DNA of 61,718 nucleotides, filler included, from Sphacelaria rigidula (lineage: Eukaryota), in assembly GCA_964200075.2 (NCBI GenBank). It is 10 parts of 10 records of this genome, joined end to end, with 100 filler letters (N's around TTAATTAATTAA, not from the genome) between each part and the next. Parts side by side here need not be neighbours in the genome. Positions count along the whole stretch, not along the records: positions 49,457 to 55,537 come from CAXNAA020022366.1; positions 55,638 to 61,718 come from CAXNAA020022367.1; 8 more parts are not named here. The stretch is one strand, 5' to 3'. Within the stretch, counting starts at the first letter, position 1; the number at the start of each line of letters is the position of its first letter. The notes beneath the pieces were generated by a model that was given only the letters and a program-made list of their open reading frames with translations, made no database searches and had not been told where the DNA came from. This document shows, piece after piece, positions 52,050 to 61,718 of this stretch. The translations under genes and the position numbers were made by a program.

Positions 52050-52306
52050 GAGTGATGCTGTGGTAGGGGTGCAAAAATATTTTCTGAGGTTCGGATGGTC
52101 CGGAGCCCTGTATCTCATCCAAAACACCACGTACGAAAAATGTGAGAGTACGCCAGGATTATTATTTCAATGTGCCAGAGATCTCCCGGATAAATTTGCA
52201 GACGGGGATACCCTGACCCGTGTTCTTGTGTAATCCAGAATCGTTAGGAGCCCCTGAACAATACAAGATTTCCTGCAAAAAGTGCGCCCCTACCGTAGCA
52301 TTGCTC
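52050..52306 (+). mobile_element. Sola2-like MITE, copy 2
   Basis: TIR GAGTGATGCTGTGGTAGGGG / CCCCTACCGTAGCATTGCTC and a 4-bp TSD GACG. Confidence 0.85.
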
Positions 52307-52794
52307 GACGGAGCACGTGGGGTTGTCACTGAACCAGGCTCGCAATCAAATACCTAACGCGAAGCGCCGTGATATGCCGTGATGTGTTCGGCGAGTCGCA
52401 TGAAGGATGAGCTGCATGCTGCTAAGATTGTTCGGCCCGAAGCGTATTGATTGTCTTGCATATGGATCACAACGTCCGATGAGTTTCTTTATTCTCTAAT
52501 CTCGCAACTTCCGAGACAGCCGCGGCTCACACACTGCCTCATGGGTGTACATGTAAACACTACGTAGTATGATAATTCCCCTTGCACGGAATTTAAGTTC
52601 CCCCACCCCGCACAACATGATCGAGCTCGACCACCATCATGACTACCGCCAAAATACGCAAGCACAAGAATACGGAAACCTCGATGCCTAGCTTATGCCG
52701 TGAGTAGCGGGGTTGACGGCGTCGTTGCCAACTGACGCCAACCCCATAAGAGCCTTGGGGGGTGGGGGGGGAATCACACACATGGCCGAACAAA

Positions 52795-53052
52795 TGAGAC
52801 GGTGTGGAACAGAATGAGACGGGACGGTACGGTGGAAGACATCCCAGGGGATTGTTCCTGTGAGGACGGGACTGGACGGGAAACCCGCAACGGGAAAACG
52901 ATCCGTCCGGTCTCGCGTCATGATGGCGACGGGTAACCGATCGCGTTCCCTTGTTTTCTTCGCGACGGGGAAACGATCCCGTCCCGTCCCACCCCGCGGC
53001 CTCCGAGAATACGGGACTCCTCGTCCTCCCCGAAGCCCCGTGACGGACCCTG
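52795..53052. repeat. GACGGG/CCCGTC motif array, probable transposon subterminal region
   Basis: Many GACGG(G) motifs in both orientations, ending GACGGACCCTG. I did not find a matching left end. Confidence 0.5.
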
Positions 53053-54783
53053 CGCAGGACTGATTGCGTGGAAACAAATACCCGATCACGAACAAATCCA
53101 ACTAGTAACGTGTAAAACAATCTTGGATGAGAAACCAATACACGGGTACTCGTGGGTATTAATCACGCAACTACCAATGGTTGCGACCGAAAGCAGGTTA
53201 CTTCATAGTTATCTGGAATGCGGACTCCTCATTGTCGGCCCTCGCTGTACATTATTTTGTTTGTTGGCGGATGCGTGACCTACACACTCTCTATGACTAG
53301 AGCTAATAGCTCACTGATTGTTTCGTGCAACCATTGATAGTTTTTCGAGGTATGTGGTCCCTTGGCCGATAACTCGTTGCACAGGTTTCTGTCAGGGTAG
53401 TTTTGCGCGCGACTACTTTCAGAGGATTATGGCTGAGCACGACGTAGTTGTTTAAACGCAACTAACAGTTCTCCGTCCGAGCGGTTCTTTGCAAGCAACC
53501 AGTTGCACTGGTATCCATCCGACAGTCATTCGCAGGCAACTACCGTAGACATTTGAATATTTGTTTTCGAATAAAGGCGATCTTTCCAGATTTTCAGATT
53601 TTCCGGTTACCAAGCACCGCTTTATCGCAAAACTTGAGAATCGCGATTTGAGTACCCGACGTCATCGATAGTCAGGGCCGATTGTTCTTAACAGATGATA
53701 CAAGCCTCCCTGAAACATATTGGAAGTACATACATCTACTCAACACGCCTTTCCTGTGCTTTGATTTCAGCGAAGACATCGAGTTCTCACTTGTGTCGGA
53801 CCTACTGTAGATGTCGAGGCGCGCCAATCGTGCACATTTTACTCACGGTGTCACCAAGTTTGCTGTGATAGCCAAGCCACACGTATTGAGTTATTAATGA
53901 TCATCACGCGCTGCCAGCAGAAACATCGTAATGCTCAAAAAGCTGTTTCAATCTTGACGTTGAGGCATCTCAGAAGGGAGCATTATACTGACCCTCTTCA
54001 ACTACAAATCGTCATGTTCCATCAACGGTTCCGAAAGGGTTAACGTAATCACGTGTTTCTCTCGACGGCTGAGTACATTTGCGTGTAGTCTAAAGGGTAG
54101 CGTAATCTCCATTCCTCTCCTCAAAAATATACGTAATGATTGTCACGTACTCATGACGATAGAGGCCAAAGCGCTGCGCCTTCTTCTTCCTATTTCCCTA
54201 TTATAGTAGAAGATAACCAACGCTATTGCAATTCTGTTACCCGTCGCAATGGTTGGGTTCAGTCAAGAAACAACTGTGGGAACTCCAAAATTTCCAAACT
54301 GAACTTCGATCCCAAACTACAAATGAAGAAGGCGGTTCGCTTCTCGTTCCCGCACGTAATATCTCTACTCACGTGGTCGATATGCATACAAGGCATATTT
54401 CGAGGTATATTGTGAGGGAAACAGAAAATGAATCGTTTCAAGGGCAAAGCAACAGCTGACAATTACGCACGACCACAGGGTTTATCGTCTACCTTCCAGC
54501 CATGCCCGAAGGCTTAGTTTTTGAATATGTCTATCATGGTGGACACAAATCTCCATGTTACTGGCAACCCTCGAGTGTTTTCGGTGTACATATCGTGCGA
54601 AGTGTACCGAATACCGACTGCAACCCTGCTGGATACTCCTTGATCTCCGAATGAGCCTAACTCGAACATTGAGGGGGGGGGAGGGGGGAGATGATACATG
54701 GACATCCGTGCTAACTCTCCGGCCTACTGTTTTCTCCGCTACCGATCCACATTTTTTACGTTGTGCACACGAAGCAACAGACA

Positions 54784-55490
54784 ATGGCTACTCGAGGATT
54801 GCTAGCGGCGTCCCTGGCAGTCGGTCTGCTTTCTCTAGCTGCCGCATCAGACATCGGTGTGGAGGACCAACAAAGCCCGTTCTATATGGGGGGGGAGAAG
54901 CGTGAAGGAAGAAAGCTCCAGCGTGGTGGTCGTAATGATGGTGGTGCTTCTGATGATTCCGGCGGTGATTCTTGCCAAGAAGACGATGGCGTGTTGGACC
55001 CTATCGGCAGCGTAAGTGCCACAGCACCCCCAGCACCATACAAGCATGTCGAACATTAAACAATATGTCACTCTTTTACGCTCCACTGGCCCTCTGTCGT
55101 CCAAAAAAAGGCACAGAGGTGCTTTCGATGATCCTAAGAATACACCACACTTGCCGTTTCGATATTCCCCGTGCGAGAGCCGAGGAAGGAGAATGTGCGA
55201 CAGATTAGAATCACCGACAAAAACAACCCGGTCCCCGGTGCAGTGCACGGACTGCGATTTTTGGTGCCCAAGAAACTGTCGATGCGCGATTCATGCACCT
55301 ACCCCTTCCACCGCGGCCACCTAATAATGTGCAGATGTCGAGTGAGCGCGCGGACCACGCTGAAATGATAAGAATTCAGAGAGCGGAGAGGGATGAAGAA
55401 GGGTCGGAGATGGTTTGTCAGCAGCCGAGCAGTGACACGGCCCTGTACGCCAAGTTCCACAAGACCTTGTCTCACAACGACTTGGGAGAG
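54784..55490 (+). CDS. Vanadium-dependent haloperoxidase (bromo/iodoperoxidase family), N-terminal part; exons 54784-55011 and 55335-55490
   Basis: Signal peptide MATRGLLAASLAVGLLSLAAA, an RKLQ motif and a phase-0 GT-AG intron. ERA..RIQRAE..AKFHKTLSHNDLGE matches the FHK[ST]LPH..LG.V N-terminal motif I recall from brown-algal enzymes. The vanadate-binding motifs lie beyond the contig. Confidence 0.85.
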
Positions 55491-57104
55491 GTAACTGCGG
55501 TGAAGCGTGGGTGTTCACAAGCCCCCGCTGGGGTCGANNNNNNNNNNNNNNNNNNNNNNNNNNNNNNNNNNNNNNNNNNNNTTAATTAATTAANNNNNNN
55601 NNNNNNNNNNNNNNNNNNNNNNNNNNNNNNNNNNNNNGAGCTCTGCCCCGGAAAAATAAACAAGCAAAGACAGTGGGGGGGGGGGGGGGGGGCGTCGAAG
55701 CAAGTACTCACGTCCTTTTTTTCCGAAAGTGAGTTTTTGAGAAGAAATGATCGCTTCCGAAAAAGAACTCGCCTCAGAGTTTATGCGTGCCGGATTGTTT
55801 CGTTTGTTTTCGTCCGGTGCACTGCAGGCAATATTTGAAGACTGACCTCTTGGTTAACCCTTGAACAGCACGCGTCACCTCAAAACAGTCTCACAGGCAT
55901 TCAGTCCAGAGACATTCAGGGGTTTTCAGGGAAAGAAGGGGGTGGATTTTCAGGGGGAGGGGGGGGGGGGGGGCTGGGGGCAAAGTAACCGCAAGGAACC
56001 CGAAGGCAACCATGTCGTCCCGAAAGTTTCCCTCGAAAAATCCTAGGNNNNNNNNNNAAAGGCAGCCAGACGGGTGTGTGGGGGAGGCGTGGGGGGGGGG
56101 GGGGGGGGGGGGGGGGTGGTGTGGGGGGGGGGGGGGGGGGGGGGGACTGTGCGCAGAGTAACCGCAGAGATCACGAAGTCAACCATGTCTGCTCGAAAGT
56201 TTCCCTCGAAAGATCCTAGGCTAGGGACGAGGCCTGAAAGGGGCGGAATGACCATTTTGACCAATCACGGCCGTCAAAATGATCACTTTGTTCCCCTACA
56301 GGTGGACTGCAGATGGAGTGCTTCGCTGTCTACCCGTTTTCCTCATTTTGGTCGCGGAATGCCCCCCCCCTCAACAACCACCGCCCCCGCCCACTGGAAA
56401 TCCCCGAATGTCCCCGGACTGTCAGCCTGTGAAACTGTTCCGAGGCGACGCTCGCTGTCGAAGGCTAAATAGTTGGGGTGCGAACCTAATGTGGACAAGC
56501 TGGCTTCTCGATGTGACTGAAAACTGGTCGTTGTCGAGGCAATCAATTTTTAGGAGTGGGTTTCGGAAAGTGATGAGTGCTTTCTATAATATTGTGCGTA
56601 AGGGCGTGTCCCAGCAATCGTGCGGTGAAAAGAAAAAACGATCTCATAAGGTGGCCAAGTCAACATGAATGACCCAAGACACGCCCTGAGGAGATCTTAC
56701 TGTACATCCGGTGGGGGGATTGGACGAGTGAACTGACGCCATTCTGCTCGGTTTGGTCCTCTACGCGTGCGAGACCCGTGGTGTGGTTACCTGCGGCACT
56801 GCTGCCACGCGCGTCAGCAGTGGCTTACCACTATGATGGTTCACCCAGCATTTGTTTTGTTCCAGAGCACCTGAAACTTTTCGGCCGACTGTTCAGTGTG
56901 CTGCGGCAGGTGTTATCGTTGTCGCTATCGGTCGTCTGGATTTCTGAATTTTTGTACAGTATGAAGAACGAATGCGATGACGAAGACAACCACAAATATT
57001 AGTTGAGGATTTTGGGTCATCATCTTACGTTATTGCTAGTATTGATTTTTTCACGTCGCCCATTGTTGGTTACGTTGCCATTGTTTTGTGTCATGATGCA
57101 CCAG

Positions 57105-60100
57105 GCTGGAGAAATTGGCGGAAGACAACCCGGCAGAGACGAAGCAGCTGCTGGACAAGTTCCACCCTGAATCTGTGAGTTTCGCATCAGAACCACTGAG
57201 CTCTCGGTTGATCAACCCTGTGATTTCATTCACCAAATCACACTCACTCGTCATGTCCCAGTGAAGTCTTGTGTATGGTAGTATACCAGTGCAAACCGTT
57301 GTTTCAACTTGGTTATTGGAGATGTTGGTGCGCTGTTGCAGTGAAGATCCTGAAGCGCCCACCTTCCGGGGGTTTCATCCTGTGACCATCTGTCGAACCG
57401 GGATCATATTGAATTGGAAAATGATCCCATCAGTGCTACAGCTTGGTCAGGTGCTCTTGTATGGTGTTAAAGATGATACTCTGAATCGTTATAGCGCCCG
57501 CGGCGTGCAAAAAGACTCGGCAGCCTCGTGTAGGATGGCGATACTGCAGCTTAGGAGGGCGTAGCAGGACGTACAGGCGCTGAAACAGGTCTCGCGTGTG
57601 TTTGTTTTTTGCACCAGTAGCATCGCAGCGCATGCTAATATGGTTAAGAGGACGGGTTAGGGGGTTCTGTAGGCCGTGTTTATCTCGGGCTCAGCAGCAA
57701 ACAACCGCAGATGGAAGCTGGATGTTGTGGGGAGGACAAGTTCCTCGCTGAGGTTTCATGTGTGTCCTGTGCGGATGAGTGCGTGTGTGTTCGTCCTGCT
57801 TAATCGGCTTTCGGGGGCAGCAGGAGGGTTCCGCGAACTTCCGGCCCAAATCAAACACCACCCAACCACAAGTATAATGCCCCGCCTGCAGCATGTGCAC
57901 TCTCCACCAAATGCGCTACGCCCTCTAGCTTTCAAACAATGAACACACCGTTCAGTTGTGTGTTTGTCTTCGATCATGAACATGTACTTTTTTTTTCAGT
58001 TGTTGGCGTGATCACTCACCACTACTGTACCCTCTGCACAAAAGCTGCAATATGCCTACACTTAGCCCAGTACATATTTGTCTAATGTATCTATTCGTGA
58101 TATATTATTTTCCAGGGTATAGAATGTTTCGCTCACATTTTTGTTGTTGTGCATTTGTTGTGTTTTTGCTTCATGTGTCTGAACGTGTGCTGAAATTGAT
58201 TTTTTTGCAGGTGGGGCCGGACGTGTCGATCTACGCTGCAGTAATGGACATGAAGAAGAAGGGACTGTGTCCGGTGATCGCCTTCCACCTCGACACCTTC
58301 ATGGCCCTCAGTCTTTTCAAGGAGTTGCTCAAGGTGCAAACGTTCGGGACGGTTTCCGCTTTTTTTCTTTTTTTTTGCCCTTGCTTTTGCCTCCATCCTT
58401 GTTCATGATTCTGTGTTTCGTGTTCGATGTTTGCCTTTTGTTCGTGCTTTTTTGGTTGCGGTGGTATGGGTCTTACGCTCTCGAGCAGCTGCAGCCACGG
58501 GGTACGTTCAAAGTAAGGGTGCCGTCGGGACGCTACCTTTGTCTCCCATAATGAAGCTGGGGTATTTCTCACACCATGAACAATAACAATATGTTGCACT
58601 GTCTGACCTAGGTATTTTTTCTTTTTGTTTGTTTTTGTTTGATTTCCCCATATCTTATTATAGGTGGCTAGCCTGTGACCACGGAAGGCGTCCGCATCAG
58701 ATGCCCAGTACGAATGTAACGCGCAGATATCGAAACAGTTTTCAATGTGAAGACTACTACAACAATGGTCGAAAAAAGGGTACTGCATGCAGTATCGACT
58801 ATTTTGTCTGTTGCGAAGAGAACGTCAAGGAAAAACACGAATATTTTCATTTAGGCATATACACTATCCTACAAGTGTTGGCTCGTTCGAGTTGCGGTGG
58901 TTTATTATTGCTTTTGCCTGTGCTTTTGAGTTGATCCAGTTGGTTCGCTGATTGATGGTAAGTTGTTGCATTTCACGTACTGTCTGCCGGTTTCGAACGA
59001 CACACGCACACGTATCAAATCAGCCTATACGTTTGCTTGAACTTGATACTGTTTTCCTTCATTTTAGTGACCCATTCTCGTGTATTTTTCAGTTATGCTC
59101 TCGTTCAATTTCTGCTTCTTTTTTTTTTCTCAGGAAATGGAGGTGCAGCAACGCAAAAAATATCCCAACTGGGCAGAAGAACAACGTCGAAAGGCGGCGG
59201 AGCTTGCTCGCGTCCGGGCCATCAGGGAGAAAAAGATGGACAGAAATAAAAAAGAGGTGAAAGAGTATGACACATATTTCGTGTTTTTTTACATATTTTT
59301 TTGTTTCTTCCCCATGTTCGAGAATATCAGAGTGCGCGTTTGGTCAAAGAAGCGGGTCGTGTGCAGAAGACACAATCTTGATTTTATACCATCGCACAGA
59401 GTAAAATGACCCTTTTTTTTTTCCCGGAAAAATGCTGAGCCGTGTTCGGTCCATGAACACGTTTTTTTTTTCGGAGTACGGTGTCTTGCGGGCGCTTCCC
59501 ACACACACCCAATCTAGGTCGAGACGTGATGCTATTGCCTTCGCGCATGATACTTGGTCGCCAAAAACCTGAATACGCAAGAAAAAACACAATGTTTTTC
59601 GGCTTTTGGGGCTTTTTTTTGGTCCACTGTCGCGAATTGAGCGAAGGGAATCACGTCTCGGCATACCTGTTGTGTGTATGCGGGGGGCTGTGCAGTGCCG
59701 TTTGTCCGGCTTGCTTCTTCCTGTGTCGAGAACGTCGCGATCTCCAGTGCTACAGCTGTCGCATACTAAACCGAGTTAACAAGGAATGAAGCGTGTGTTC
59801 TGTTCGTATTTTGTTTGGCAGAGGTGCGACCACCTGATGATGGGTGCATTATTTCTTTTTTTTTTTTTTTTTTTTTTTTTTGAATGGTGTTTTTATTTGG
59901 GGGGGTCGTCAATTTGCTCCAAAACTTTCATCCTTTCCTATCGTTTATAAAAAAGGGNNNNNNNNNNTTTTTTTTGCGGTGTTGCCCCCACCTGTTGATG
60001 GGTTCATTTTTTCTTTTTTTTTTTTTTTTTTTTCCTCGGAGCGGGTATTTTTGGTCGTGAGGCTCCCCCATTCCAACCCACAACTGCTGCTACTGCTGTC

Positions 60101-61580
60101 GAGATTCAGAAATGATGTTGTTCGCATATTTTGAACTAGTTTTCGTATGTCGGGGACGATGTTATCATATGTTTGTCTTGATTCATTTACCTCTTCACCA
60201 TGATCCAGTACCACTGCCACTACAACCACGACTGCTACGACTGCGACTGCTGCTGCTGCTGTTGCATGCAGGCGGAAGAGGAGGAAAAGGAGGGAGACGA
60301 CGAGACGAGCGGTTTCGTCGACGTCACCGCGCCTCACCCAGAGTTCGTGCTGTCACCGCCCAACGCGCGAGTGAGCTCTCGAGAGTTTGAGGATATCTGC
60401 GAGGACCTTGCGCCACCCAACGGCAAGGGAGAACTGAAAAACTCACAGCACCCTTTCCTTCGCGCCCTCCGAAGAGGTTTGTCTGTGTGCGTGTGATTGG
60501 GAGAGGGAGGAGGGGAGAAGTGGGGGGGCGTACTCATGATCTTGCATCTCGTAGTCATGAGAGCATTCGATCACTAGTTCTTACCAAGTCGGGACGGAGC
60601 GCGCCCAGGTTTTCGCCGGGCCAGGTTTGCAATCACCAAGTGCGAAGCGCCGAAATGTGTTGTGCGGGTCACATGAAGGGGGAGCTGCATCCTGCTGAGA
60701 TTGTTCGGCCCGAAGCGTACTAGTCATCTTGCATGTGGATATGACAGCCTGCAATGAACTGCTACATTTTCCGGGATCGCCACTTTCAGAGACAGCCACG
60801 GGGTCGACGCTGCCTCCTGAGCGTGTCACAGTATAAACACTACGTTGTACGATCATCCCCTTTGCGCGGAGTTGAGTTCATCCCATCCTGCACACAATGA
60901 TCCAGCTCGACCGTCATGGTTACCGCAAAAAAACTTGGGCGCAGAAAAACTAGGCAACCTGGTTGCCTAGCTTACGTAGTGAGAGGCATGTTGTACAGCG
61001 TCGTTGCCAACCGACGCCAACCCCTGAAATGGGCCGGGGGAGGGCGAGGGAGAATGTACCACCTCGGTGCGAGATCACAGTAGAAAAAACGCAAGAACGT
61101 AGTGTAGTCGGAAGAGCGGTGGCACGCTGCGTGTCATGTTTTGTTATGGAAGAAGACGTACAAGAATACCCTGTGCGGGCATGCGCATCGATACGTGACC
61201 ACGGGTTCGCGAGATCGGGCTAATGTTCGGAAATACTACTACTACGACGACTAGTACTACAAAGAGTAGGGATACTGAATAATATATGCTGAAGGGTAGT
61301 AAAGAGTTACGGTGAATAATGTTAGTAGTAGAGTGATGATGAATAGAAATAAGTAGTACCACTTCGCTATAATAGGAAATATATCGGGCGTTAGGTTAGT
61401 GGTTTGTAACTAATAAATCACATCAATCATCAAGTATGCATTTGTATATATGTGACATGCACACATATTCCAGGTTTCGGGATCTACATCGACGATGCTT
61501 CGTTCTCGCGATACCGGCGGGTGGTGCAGCGGCTGGCGCAGCAGGGAAAGCTGGCGGTCGTGTTTAGTGACGAGTCGCTG
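57105..61580 (+). CDS. Ski2/DDX60-like SF2 helicase, internal part; exons 57105-57174, 58211-58333, 59134-59256, 60272-60476, 61474-61580
   Basis: Five AG/GT exons with consistent phases. They encode LCPVIAF (motif IV region), a charged coil, and HPFLRALRRGFGIY..RRVVQRLAQQGKLAVVFSDESL (motif IVa-V region). Confidence 0.82.
60530..61025 (+). repeat. Intronic copy of the dispersed repeat at 1215-1516 and 51723-52745
   Basis: Colinear shared blocks from GTACTCATGATCTTGCAT to TTGCCAACCGACGCCAACCCC. Confidence 0.85.
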
Positions 61581-61718
61581 GTGAGATGTGGTACATACAC
61601 ATAAATGTACATTCTCCGACGGTACTTTTTACGCAGTGAAATGTACCTTTCTCTCCCCCGGCCCCCCCCTCGCCCTTCGCTCTCCCGCCCCCGGCCCGCC
61701 CCCCCGCACCGCGTCCGC

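Noticed and set aside
6128..55593. TTAATTAATTAA repeated every ~6.18 kb as a biological periodic element
   Set aside because: It is always embedded in N runs and is a synthetic six-frame stop linker.
55984..56220. Tandem duplication around poly-G tracts
   Set aside because: The copies flank an N gap and follow long G runs, so this is probably a low-quality read overlap.
1673..61580. Proteases, DcpS, haloperoxidase and helicase as a defence gene cluster
   Set aside because: Each gene lies on a different unlinked contig.

Overview
This is eukaryotic, intron-rich and transposon-rich DNA, most likely from a brown alga (inferred from a vanadium haloperoxidase gene and the intron and repeat style). 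It is not one locus. Nine 100-nt spacers (N44-TTAATTAATTAA-N44) join ten length-sorted contigs of 6083-6081 bp, so neighbours across spacers are unlinked. I rebuilt five partial spliced host genes by hand, with phase-consistent exons: a KP-43/TagC-type subtilase (minus strand), a papain-family cysteine protease, the scavenger decapping enzyme DcpS, the N-terminus of a vanadium-dependent haloperoxidase, and a DDX60/Ski2-like helicase with atypical motifs. The rest is mostly transposons: two Ty3/Gypsy copies sharing the same deletion of the reverse-transcriptase core and a non-TGG primer site, other Gypsy tails (chromodomain, Tudor-like), a short-LTR-like family, a tRNA-derived SINE family, several hAT-type elements with 8-bp target-site duplications (TSDs), twin Sola2-like miniature inverted-repeat elements (MITEs) with 4-bp TSDs, and a 443-bp foldback palindrome. 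The best candidate for an undescribed system is the RT-less but recently mobilised Gypsy lineage. All family calls come from motif recognition by eye; no searches were run.
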